Positions 14,001 to 25,089 are shown, counted from the whole stretch's first letter. The stretch: 63,794 bases of DNA, filler included, from Octopus bimaculoides (GCF_001194135.2; 6 parts of 5 records of this genome joined end to end with filler, not necessarily neighbours in it); one strand, 5' to 3'. Made by a program: numbers and translations. Notes: generated by a model not told the origin, from the letters alone.

Positions 14001-16424
14001 AACGATCGAACGGACGTAAGTACGAACGACCGCGCGAACCAACAAACGAACGTACGTACGTACAAATGAACGAACGTACTTACGTACGAATGAACGAACG
14101 AACTGACGAACGAATGAAAGATCGAACGAACGAACTTACGTAAGTAAATACTTACGAACGAACGTAAGAAATAAAGAACGAACGAACGTACGTAGGTACG
14201 TAAAAAACGAACTTACGTACGTAAATACGTACGAATGATCGTAAGAAATAACGAACGACTTACGTAAGAAATAACGAACGAACGAAAGTCTGTACGAATC
14301 TACGAACGTACGAAGGAAACTACAAACGAAACTACGAACGTACGTATGTACGAACGAACGACCAAACGATCGAAAGAACGAACGTACGTCCGAACGAAGA
14401 TCGTACGTACGTGCATACGAAAGATCGAGCGAAGGAAGTAGGGAACGAACGTACGTAGATACGTGCGTACGAACGAACGATCGAAGGAACGAATGTACGT
14501 ACGTACGTAAATACGTACCTAAGTAAGTACGTAAATACGCACCTGAGTACGTACGTACGAATGAACGAACGTACGTACGGACGAACGAAAGTATCTACAT
14601 ACCTCCGTACCTACGAATGAGCGATCGAAAGAACGAACGTAGGAACGTACGAAATAACGAACGAACGTACGTACGAATGCACAAAAGAACGGAGAAACGA
14701 TTGAACGAACGAATGTAAGTATGTATGCACGTACGTAGGTATGTATGTATGAATGAACGAATGACCGAACGTACGTTCGTAATTACGAACGACCGAACGT
14801 AAGTTCGTACTTACGAACGAAGGAACGAACGTATGTACGATGAACGAACGACCACGCGAACCATCAAATGAACGTACGTACGTACAAATGAACGGACGTA
14901 CGTACAAATGAACGGACGTACTTACGTACGAATGAACTAACGAACGAATGAAAGATCGAACGAACGAAAGAACGAACGTACGTAGGTACGAAAAAAACGA
15001 ACAGCGAATGAACTTACGTAAGAAATAACGAACGAACGTACGTAGGTACGTAAAAAACGAACAACGAAAGTACGTACGTAAATACGTACGAACGAACGTA
15101 AGAAATAACGAACAAACTTACGTAAGAAATAACGAACGAACGTTCGTAGGTACGTAGGTTCGTTGTTTCGTTCGTTCGCACGTCCGTACTTACGAACGTA
15201 CGTTCGTTTGCTCATTCTTTCGTACCTACGTTTGTTCGTTATTTCTTACGATCGTTCGTAGTTATTTACGTCCGTAAGTTCGTTTGTTGTTCGTTTTTTG
15301 GTCCCTACGTACGTTCGTTCGTTCGTTATTTCTTACGTAAATTCGTTCGTTATTTCTTAAGTTCGTTCGTTCGATCTTTCGTAGTTATTTACGTACGTAA
15401 GTTCGTTCGTTGTTCGTTTTTTTCGTACCTACGTACGTTCGTTCTGTCTTTCGTTCGAGCTATCATTCGTTCGTTAGTTCGTACGTTCATTCATTTGTAC
15501 GTACGTTCGTTGGTTCGCGCGGTCGTTCGGTCATTCGTACGTGCGTATGTACATACGTTCCTTCTTTCGTTCGTTAAATTCGTACATACGTACGTACGTG
15601 CCTAGGTACTTAAGTTTGTTCGTTTATTCGTTCTTTTGTGCATTTGTACGTACGTACGTTCGTTCGTTAGTTACTTCGTACGTTCCTACGTCCGTTCGTG
15701 CTAACGTACGTACGTTCGTCCAATCTTGCGTTCGTTCGATCGCTCGTTCCTAGGTACGGAGGTATGTAGATGCTTTCGTTCGTTCTTTCGTTCGTACATA
15801 CGTTCGTTCTTTCCTTACTACGTTCGTTCTTTCCTTCCTACGTTCGTTCTTTCCTTCCTACGTTCGTTCGTTCCTACATTCGTTCTTTCCTTCCTACGTT
15901 CGTTCTTTATTTCCTACGTTCGTTCGTTCCTACGTTCGTTCTTTCCTTCCTACGTTCGTTCTTTCCTTCCTACGTTCATTCGTTCGTTCCTACATTCCTT
16001 CTTTCCTTCCTACGTTCGTTCTTTCCTTCCTACGTTCGTTTTTTCCTTCCTACGTTCGTTTTTCCCTTCTTACGTTCGTTCGTTCCTTCCTACGTTCGTT
16101 CTTTCTTTCCTACCTTCGTTCTTTCCTTCCTATGTTCGTTCTTTCCTTCCTACGTTCGTTCGTTCGTTCCTACGTTCGTTCTTTCCTTCCTACGTTCGTT
16201 CTTTCATTCCTACGTTCGTTCTTTCCTTCCTACGTTCGTTCGTTCCTACGTTCGTTCTTTCCTTCCTACGTTCATTCGTTCGTTCCTACGTTCGTTCTTT
16301 CCTTCCTACGTTCGTTCCTACGTTCGATCTTTCCTTCCGACGTTCGTTCTTTCCTTCCTACGTTCGTTCGTTCCTACGTTCGTTCTTTACTTCCTACGTT
16401 CGTTCTTTACTTCCTACGTTCATT
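8050..16424. repeat. CpG-rich complex satellite of 4-bp words (CGAA/CGTA/CGAC/CGAT and variants) with higher-order monomers and inverted blocks
   Basis: Direct reading. TTCG-oriented 8050-~9020, CGAA-oriented ~9025-15141, TTCG-oriented 15142-16424. Recurrent landmark AGCATCTACAT. Confidence 0.95.
15775..16424. repeat. 20-bp minisatellite (TTCGTTCTTTCCTTCCTACG)n
   Basis: Homogeneous tandem units with 4-bp indels at the right end of the satellite. Confidence 0.92.
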
Positions 16425-16524
16425 NNNNNNNNNNNNNNNNNNNNNNNNNNNNNNNNNNNNNNNNNNNNTTAATTAATTAANNNNNNNNNNNNNNNNNNNN
16501 NNNNNNNNNNNNNNNNNNNNNNNN

Positions 16525-16559
<35 letters not shown>

Positions 16560-16568
16560 ATAAATACA

Positions 16569-16790
16569 TGTCTTTGTGCCTGTTTGTCCCACCACCACCG
16601 CTAACAACCGGTATTGGTGTGTTTCCGTCCCCGTAACTTAGTGGTCGGCAAAAGAGTGCGATGCAGTAAGTACCAGGTCATAAAAAAGTACTAGGGTGAA
16701 TTTGATTCTACTAAAAGTTCTTCAATGCGGTGTCCCCCCTCCCATGGTGACGGTCTTATGACTGAAACAAGTAAAAGAGTTTAGATAAAA
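16569..16790 (+). mobile_element. 3' half of abundant SINE (family C)
   Basis: tgtttgtccc...ggtgtgttt.cgtccccgtaacttag.ggtcggcaaaaga...atgactgaaacaagtaaaaga, matching 32590-32800. Confidence 0.8.
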
Positions 16791-17390
16791 TATATGTATA
16801 TATGTATTCTGTGATGTGTGTGAGCTTGTGAAATATGGGTGTGCCTGACATGTGTGTCAGTATTTTCATTCAATAATCCTTCCCTCTCTGACGACCGCAA
16901 ATAACAAGGTGATAATAGTATCAGTGGAAGGTGAGGTCAAGCTGAATAAATGTAACGTGTGTGTGTGTGTGTGTGTGTGTGTTGAGAGCAATGCATTTTA
17001 AATATTAAAATGAACTGTTCTGGAATTCGACATTTTAACCCAAGTATTATGTAACGGATGATTTTGGTTGCTCCAGATGATTTGACACAAACTGTACTGC
17101 AATAGATCCTCTGTCGCATTCAATAATGATAGGTGTTTTAGTTTATGCAAATGGCGTCACGATAATGGTATCAGACACCACAGAGTACCACAGAAGTCGA
17201 GGTAGTCAGTACCATTCTCATGAAATAAGCGCGGTGAAAGGAACAAAGATTCCCCCAGATAAATTAGTGGGTTTGCAACCCGACACCTGAAGAGTCATTT
17301 CCATGCTGCCGGAGAGCATCATCATCCGGCACTCCATGATGCTGTCTCTGAATGGTCGAGCAGAGGCGTTGAACGCATAAAAAAAAAATT

Positions 17391-17625
17391 ATAAATGCGC
17401 CCTTTTAAATCCTAACCAGGCTCATGGGCCCGGTTTCCCGGTTTCAGTAGCGTCCCCCCAGCCAGTCCATCGCAGGGTTAGTCTTTTTGCTAGATAAGTG
17501 GACTGAAGCAACGTGAAATGAAGTCTTTTGCTAAAGAACACAACGCGTCGCCTAGTCCAGGAATCGAAACCACAATCTTACGATCATGATGCTGACACCC
17601 TAACCACTAAGCCACGCGCCTCCAC
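17391..17625 (-). mobile_element. tRNA-derived SINE (family A)
   Basis: Homologous to 3451-3705 with an internal deletion. Confidence 0.88.
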
Positions 17626-17746
17626 GCTGAACGCTTATATCACCTCTATAATATATTACCGTCTGGCTGTCGCTCCTGCCAAAATTTTCTTTCGGTAAAA
17701 TTGGAACGTCTGCTCCTTCAAGTCAGGTAGTACTGAAAACGATAAT

Positions 17747-18032
17747 AATCCTTTCTACTGTGGGAACAGGGTCTGACATTTTGAGTGAGGGACTAGTCGA
17801 TTACATCGACCCCAATGCTCAGCTAGTACTTATTTTATCGACCCCCAGTCGGTACTTATTTTACTGACTTCGAAAGACTTCGAAGTACCAAGCCGGTACT
17901 TATTTTATTGACTTCGAAAGAACGAAAGCAAAGTCTATACTGGCGGCATTTGAACTCAAAACATAAAGTCGGAAGAAAAGCAGCTAAACATTTTGTCCGG
18001 CGCGGTAACGATTCTGTCAGCTCGCCGTCTTA
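17747..18032 (-). mobile_element. tRNA-derived SINE (family B) with an internal triplicated segment
   Basis: Head (RC of cgattctgtcagctcgccgtctta) and tail both present; GTACTTATTTTA block occurs three times. Confidence 0.8.
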
Positions 18033-18055
18033 GATGATGATGATGATGATGATAG

Positions 18056-18515
18056 CTCTGTGAGACCTTTGACACCAGGTTGCTCTCTACACTCACAGAA
18101 TTAACCGGAAAATGTAAGATCGAGAGCTCTGAGAAGTAAAATATAATAAGGCCTGATTTAGTAGTGGTAGACAAAGAAAATAGAGTCCCAAATGATGAGA
18201 AAGTCAATATGAGAGGTATAAAGAAAACAGCACAGTATCAGGAGCTAGCCATTGTGTTAAAGAGGCTATAGAAAGTGCGGGTAAAATGTATTCCTGGAGT
18301 TATAGGGGTATTAGGAACTATTCCTACAGATCTGAACAGGTGGATAGAGGAAATAGGCATAAAACTTAGTTTAGTGCAGCTCCAGGAACAGCTAGGATAC
18401 TTGTGAAAGTTCTTGGCATCTAAGGCTACTTGTTGTAGCTCGATGTTAGGAAATTTTCTTTTCCAACATTTTAATCCGTGGTGCGTATATGTAACAACAA
18501 CAACAACAACAACAA
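18056..18515 (+). mobile_element. Two stacked R4/Dong-like LINE 3' ends
   Basis: 18056-18149 matches the 3' UTR at 23815-23903. 18149-18423 encodes RLE-like RPDLVVVDKE...KVRVKCIPGVIGVLGTIP...TARILVKVLGI*, followed by an (AAC)n tail. Confidence 0.75.
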
Positions 18516-18821
18516 TTTCATGTTTATTGTCTACAATGCTCATCTTATCTTGTATATTGTCCTCAATGTTTTTTGAATTCTTGTGGCTATTAAAGATATT
18601 ATACTATATCTTGTATCTGTGGGATTCCTTGATTGGCCTTAGTTGGAGGCTCACGTGCACCAGAAGGACTGTATCATCCGTGCATTTACATATTTTGTTC
18701 ATTTCGTAAATTTTTTTTTTGTCCCATTTTCCCCACCGCTTCATACAAATTATCGACCATCTTTGTAATGTGCCCCTCAGCTGACGCTCCTGTGCCAAAT
18801 AAAGAAAACGTTATTGTCGTT

Positions 18822-18822
18822 A

Positions 18823-18872
<50 letters not shown>
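18822..18872. repeat. (TTA)n microsatellite
   Basis: Direct reading. Confidence 0.95.
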
Positions 18873-19849
18873 GTTTGTGGAAATAGTTTTCTTAATTTGG
18901 CAATTATCTAAGGTTCGTAATTTGATATTACTACTCACCAGCAAAACTATTTTTTTTAAAGAAGTCAGGTATTTAATTTATTCCGTCCTAACATTCTGTG
19001 TTTAACATTCTATCACCCTCAGCTAGCAGTTCAAGTTTTTCATAAGATTTGAGCCTCTAAAGAAAATCAAATTATTCGAAGAAGCTAATAGTTGAAAGCA
19101 ACACGAAGATGATGATGATGGGTGGTGGTGGTGGTGGTGGTGTAGTGGAGGGGGAAAAGCAGGAGGAGGATGTTAAAGAGAAACACAAGTACGTAGGAAT
19201 AGTTATGTTTATTGAGGTGTATTTTATGCGGAGACTTAAGAAAGCAACGTTTACATACTAAAGCCTGCAACATGGATATTATTGGTTAATAAAAGTGCTG
19301 TGTGTCAAATATATTGTTGGTTTGAGAAGTAACGATAATACAGTATTTATGACTAACATTTTATATTTTAAACTGTTCTTCAGTTTGTGAGAGTCCTTTG
19401 ACTCAATCTTTATGTATTTCGTTATCTAAAGTGTAGCTGCTTCAAATGTACAGAAGTTATTTATGATTTTCATGACAATAAATGCATGAAAATCAAATCC
19501 TACACATTCCTGGACATGTCACTACTTAGGTAAATGATAGCGCCCCTCGACTGTATTTGTTTTCTGTTAGGTAAACTTTATTAAAATAGAATTGTACATT
19601 CTGTTCACCGTCATATGCCAACCCTTGTTATTGCTTGCTACTCGCTACACTTTTGTTATTTCTTGTCGAATTTGTTGGTTCTCAGTTTTCTTTGCAATAT
19701 TTGAGGAGAGAGAACAGAGTAAAGTGTGAAGTGGTTTGCTGATGCAAAGACATTTTTTTTGCTTTTTCTCAAAATGTTCATTAACTAATCGAAGGAGTAT
19801 CAGCATTCATGGCAGGCCCAGGTCGACTGGCAAGATCAGCACGATTGGT

Positions 19850-20330
19850 GTTAAGTTTCAACATCTATAGGTTGATGTCCACAAGAAACAAAGGTGGAAG
19901 GAGATGTGATCGTCTATAACGCAAGATTTGGAAATTGTGTTTAGTACTAATTCTGGGAGGTGGTGGGATAATGCAGAGCTGAAGAAAAGAAAGGAACATG
20001 AATATATTAAATGGCTATTGGCAAAAGGAATGTGTGAATTTTTAGTATAGAGGAATAGAGAACATTGTAGCGGTAGAGGAGGAAGCAAGCGATTAGACAA
20101 TGTAATTTATTGAGTCATTGATTGTAGTGTGTTGGCGAGTGAATCACCGGCAATCGGTCGAATTGCCTTCTTTTGGAATCAGTGTAGGATATTTGTGTTT
20201 TCTTTGTTTACATAACTTAGTTGGAGAGTGAAAGAGACCTTTTGCAAGGCCTCTGGGATGGTAGAAAGAATGAAAGGAGTTATCCTCGGATTAGAAACCT
20301 TGTTCGAATGTTTGCAACAGAATGAACTCC
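19850..20330 (-). mobile_element. Decayed CR1/Jockey-like LINE ORF2 C-terminus
   Basis: Minus-strand frameshifted FQKKAIRPIAGDSLANTLQSM...FLLYRYN...FFFSSALSHHLPE resembles the post-RT IQKRAIRLI...LFYRY...LWNxLP motifs. Confidence 0.45.
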
Positions 20331-21441
20331 ACTAAAAAGAGCTATGGGCCAGATATCTGTAGTTTACCAAAGTCACCTGGATATGAATTATATTTGCCAA
20401 TCTGATAGAGGAATGGACATTACAGCAGGCTTCCACTCAGTTTCTGTCCACCAAATTCCACTGCACAAGACTAGGGTTGATTCAAAGCTGTGGCACAATT
20501 TGCTGCATAATTGTGTGGTATCAAAACTCGAAACTACATTGTTACGAAGCATCCGTATTTGTAGTAGTAACAGTAGCGTCTCATAGACACGATCAGTTCC
20601 TTTGTATATGAGCTGTGGATTTTCTTGTGTTTTAAAGCGGAAAAAAAAATCATGGTTTTTCGATGCAGCTGCTTTGCCATATTATGTGAAGTAACCATGA
20701 GATTATTTGCGATTGTGGGGTTACTCTAAGGATTGTAGTTCGTAACTGGGTAATATATGAGACTGTTTCATTGATATCTGTTGTGATTGTGTTTTGGTGT
20801 CAATGATGGACACTATGTTGTTATGACATCATTGAAGATGTTTTCAAAATCTACATTTATTATTCGAAGTGGTGCTCGTCTGGAATGACGTGCCTAGGTT
20901 GTGTGTGGCTGACAACTGTATGTAGAAAGTAAGAAAAATGAATGATGGTATCAACCGTCAGAAGTAACAGCGAGTGGGTCGTTACTGTACAGAAGGAAAT
21001 GTAGAGAGGTTTAATTTCAACTTGAGTTTCACATAGTTAACATCGTTAGTGTGAGTTACAGAGCAACCCATCAACACACTAAAATGGTGTAGTTTGATAA
21101 GAATTATGTGTTAAAAAGAAATGAGAGACAGGTGGGGGTAATCAACCTAGAAAGTTCTCGTAACTGTCACGGTTGAAGTCTGCCGATGTCAGATTACAAC
21201 ATTGCTTTCACTGGCGCGTGGCGTTACGTCTGATTTGAATGCGGTATGGTAGAGCAGGAACAAAGTTCTGCCAGAGGTGCTGACTCTGTAATATGATTTA
21301 GATTCCTGGCTGAAACCATTGTACATCACTTGTGAAAGGCATGAAAGTAACATTTCTTATCTTCGAGCCTAAACAAGAGTCTACCAAATTTTCCTCTCAC
21401 AAATAACACTCTGGTTCTTTCTAAGCTATATTTTGTACGGT

Positions 21442-21490
<49 letters not shown>

Positions 21491-21492
<2 letters not shown>

Positions 21493-21744
21493 TGCAAAAG
21501 CTACCTTTATCAAAGGAAAAATGACAAATACATCTAATGTGAACCTTGACCAGCAAAATGTCATAAAAGAGTTAGAACCAGCGGAGAGCTACAAATACCT
21601 AGGGGTAATTGAAGGGGACAATATCAAGCACTCAGTGATGAGGGAAAGGATCAGAAAAGAATGTTATCGCAGGGTGAGAGCAATACTGAAGACAGAGCTG
21701 AACGCGAGAAACAGGATCGAAGCAATCAATGCTCTAGCCATACC
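21491..21744 (+). mobile_element. 5'-truncated R4/Dong-like LINE RT fragment directly after (TAA)n (21443-21490)
   Basis: CAKATFIKGK...ESYKYLGVIE...KECYRRVRAILKTELNARNRIEAINALAIP: RT motifs 6-7 plus thumb of the R4/Dong clade; runs into a linker gap. Confidence 0.85.
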
Positions 21745-21845
21745 NNNNNNNNNNNNNNNNNNNNNNNNNNNNNNNNNNNNNNNNNNNNTTAATTAATTAA
21801 NNNNNNNNNNNNNNNNNNNNNNNNNNNNNNNNNNNNNNNNNNNNC

Positions 21846-22670
21846 TATTACCGTTTGACCGTCGTCCCTTGTCCCAACCACTGGTTAACCAAGATAGTAC
21901 GCTTGCTCTTCGACTTTTTGTAGAAGGGTCAGGTACCACTGGTCAGGTGCTCCATCTGCTGTCAACAGCCGCTGAACGGAGGCCTTGGCATGCCGTGGTT
22001 GCTGATGCGCAAACATGCGCTCAGGCTACGACATCTCAAGCGTTTCCTGGATGGTGAACAGGTGTGGTCGCCTTTCGTCAGACGCGATTTTCCGCAGCTC
22101 GTTTCTTTAACAGAGCTGCAATCCTGGATCAAATGTAAACCGAGAAAGGGCGCTTGGCACCTCGAGTGACGCTAAGCTCTCACTGCCCTCAGTCAGGCGG
22201 GCAGTGCGATCGGTAGTAGCTCCACTCTAGCGTTCTATAGAGGGTTAGTGGAGGAAAAGTGCGACAACGTTCACGGGGAAACTCTAGGGGTCGAAGATAA
22301 TCAGTTAAACAGTCTGTTCGGGAGAACTTTCGGGCCGGGGCCCATGGATAATTTCCAAAGGTCCCTCGCCTGGCAGTGCTACCAAGGTGCACTACCTGTT
22401 CGAGATAAACTCTACCAGTACGGAAGTGCGGTCAACCGGGCCTGCCCGAGGTTCGCTCAGGACGATGCACTCGTCCAGTGCCCGAGTATTGCTGACCTGT
22501 GGGTTTATATCGAACAGCTACTGTCACGTGTAGGACGGATCCGGCTATCAGCTGAATCCATCGTGAGGACTGACCCGCCAACCTCCTTTAACCGGGACAG
22601 CAAGGCAATTCTCTTATGCTTAGTGACTGTAGCGAAAGAGGTGATATGGTGGACCCGTTTGAAAGGGCTA
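21846..22670 (+). mobile_element. Tx1/L1-like LINE ORF2 C-terminal (zf-RVT-like) remnant
   Basis: FQRSLAWQCYQGALPVRDKL...ACPR...VQCPSIADLW...AKEVIWWTR. Confidence 0.7.
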
Positions 22671-22829
22671 NNNNNNNNNNNNNNNNNNNNNNNNNNNNNN
22701 NNNNNNNNNNNNNNNNNNNNNNNNNNNNNNNNNNNNNNNNNNNNNNNNNNNNNNNNNNNNNNNNNNNNNNGTTATTTCTAGCATGTGGAGAGACCTTCTA
22801 GGCTTAACTTCATGTGCTGGTTGAAAATC

Positions 22830-23120
22830 ATTAAAAAATAATTCTGGGGTCGATACATTTGACTAAAATTTTCTCGAGGTGGTACCTCATCATGGCCCAG
22901 TCTAATAACGGCAACAAGTAAAAAGGAAAAAATTCTTCAAGGCGGTGCTCCAACGTGGCCACAGTCTAATGTCTGAAGCAAGTAAAAGATGAAAAAAAAA
23001 TCAAAACAAAAAAACATAACCGAAAATATAACCGTGGGGCTTTTGTCCAGTTAAACACTTTAACTATAGGGCTTTTGTCTGAAGGGTTTTTTGTCCTAGG
23101 GGACTTTTGTTCTACACTCA
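22830..23120 (+). mobile_element. Two tandem SINE-C tails fused to a GGACAAAAG-motif repeat
   Basis: Two (aattcttcaagg.ggtgc.cca.c.tggcc.cagtctaat..ctgaa.caagtaaaa) units followed by gggcttttgtcc repeats. Confidence 0.7.
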
Positions 23121-23284
23121 CCCTAGTCATATTTAGTGACAATTATAGTTTTCCCATTTTGGTAACATATTGCTTTAAGAGAACGTAAATAATGAGGTTT
23201 ACGTGGCCTATTTAATAATTTGTTTCTGTACACCAAGTTCCAAAGATAATTGAATTGCCTGTATATGATGTGTAACATAAAAAA

Positions 23285-23903
23285 TGATAGTCACACATAT
23301 TGTGAGTGAGTGTAGGAAATTAACTCAAAAGGAATACAAAAAGAGGCATGATAAAGTAGCTAGGTATGTTTATTGAAGATTGTGTGGAATGTACGGTTTT
23401 GGAAGGACATAAAATTAGCATGAGCATAAACGAGAAGGCGTCACAGAGAATAGTGAGTATAAGATCTTGTTGGATTTTACAATCCAGTGCAATTTAGTGA
23501 TTGATGCTTGGAGACTAGACAATGTTGTTGTTGATAAAATGATGGAAACCAAGTTCATAGATATTGCTATACCTGGTGATGTGTGAGTGGTCGATAAATA
23601 ACTGGAAAAGATTGAGACGTACAAGCCACTTGCGCGAATATGGGAAATGAAGAAAGTAACTGTCATCCCACTAGCTGGGGCACTGGGAGTTTTAACAACC
23701 AGGTTTGAGAAATTTGTTGGAATTAACATGAAGGCAGAACATTTTCAGAAAACTGCTTCATTGGGAACTGAGAATTTTGAGATTGGTACTTGGATGTTAA
23801 GTATCGTAGAAGACTCTGTGAGGCCTTTGACAAGTCTGCTGTTACAGAATTAGCCGGAGTAAGTGAAATTGAAAGCTCTGAGAAGTGAAATCTGTAATAA
23901 TAA
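23285..23903 (+). mobile_element. R4/Dong-like LINE 3' end (zinc-knuckle remnant, RLE endonuclease, 3' UTR)
   Basis: HIVSECRKLTQKEYKKRHDKVA...RLDNVVVDK..FIDIAIPGD...EKIETYKPLA...VTVIPLAGALG; ends in TAATAATAA. Confidence 0.85.
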
Positions 23904-23984
23904 ATTTATTCGCCAAAAGTATTCGAAGAGATAAAATAAAATATGGAAGACGTTAAAGCTGGATATTGCAAAGATGAATGTGGG

Positions 23985-24155
23985 ACAAAATCCCCCTGGG
24001 ACAAAAGTCTCTCGGACAAAAACCTCATAGTTAAAGTGTGAAAGTGGACAAAAGTCCCTCAGATAAAAGCCCCACTGTTATATTCTTCGTTTTTTGTTTT
24101 TGTTTTTCTCCCCTTTTACTTGTTTCAGTCATCAGACTGTGGCCATGCTGGGGCT
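23985..24155 (-). mobile_element. Inverted copy of the SINE-tail/GGACAAAAG composite
   Basis: Reverse complement aligns with 22945-23120. Confidence 0.72.
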
Positions 24156-24808
24156 TTTGTCCAGATCCCCGCAAGGATATAGTGGTGGAACACACAAATT
24201 GTCAGCTGAAAGGCATTATACCATATCTTTGATAGGGATCTAATCTCAGTAAATGGCAATTCTCTTCAGAGCAAGCGGAAAATGCAGATCGTTCAATAAT
24301 TATTGATACTATACAAATGCACAACAGAGAATTGCTCTCATATCTCGGATGTTGTTGCTGCTGCTGCTGCTGCTTCTGCTGCAGTTGAATCCACAGACAT
24401 CCGAGAACGCATCTAGAAAAGATTAGCCGACTGATGGGCATAAAATCACTCGCTGACACATTTGAACTGTTGGCCCACTGGTGAATTGTCTCCTCTTTTT
24501 GTCTTTGCTGGTGCTGTTACAATAACTTCTGCCCTTCAAAGCTGGCCGGGGCTTATGGCATCTCTAGTGAAGCATTCCCATCCCGCCCATCTTATCAGTT
24601 CTTCGTCTTTTTTCCCCTCCAATCTCGCAAGCTCTTCTTTATTTTAGCAACTAACTATTCAATTGTTTGTTTTATGTGTTGATTGAACAATCATTCGGTT
24701 GTTAACTTTCTCTGTCAGTGACCATTAGTTGCTATTAGCGACTTCATCAATGACATGCTCTCGTTCTTCAAGGTCTGCTTTGTGTCTGTCTGAGAACTAG
24801 TCTTATGC

Positions 24809-24811
24809 TCG

Positions 24812-24873
<62 letters not shown>

Positions 24874-24880
24874 TGTCTGT
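24809..24880. repeat. (GCCT)n microsatellite grading to (GTCT)n
   Basis: Direct reading. Confidence 0.95.
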
Positions 24881-25089
24881 CTGTATACCATTATTCAGTT
24901 ATATTTCCAGATTTCTTGCCAATAGAGAGAGAAAAAGAAAGAAGGAGGGAGAGAGAGAGAGGGGGAGAGAGCTGGTTTCTAGACTAGATCCAAAGCCATT
25001 AGAATTTCAACAATATCAACAGGGTATTTTTGCATGCATGTGTATATATGCGCAATATCGGGAGTCAGTGTGTGTCAAATCTGTTTGTT

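Noticed and set aside
9025-15141. CRISPR-like repeat/spacer appearance of the recurring landmarks
   Set aside because: Intervening sequence is itself homologous low-complexity repeat, spacing is irregular, there are no cas genes, and the context is eukaryotic
8099-16480. Many long ORFs rich in RSFV/RTYV/TNER (up to 345 aa)
   Set aside because: Translations of the 4-bp-word satellite, open in several frames on both strands with no domain signal
24202-24459. 85-aa ORF with polyQ
   Set aside because: The polyQ is a (CAG)n microsatellite; no homology recognised and no convincing splice sites
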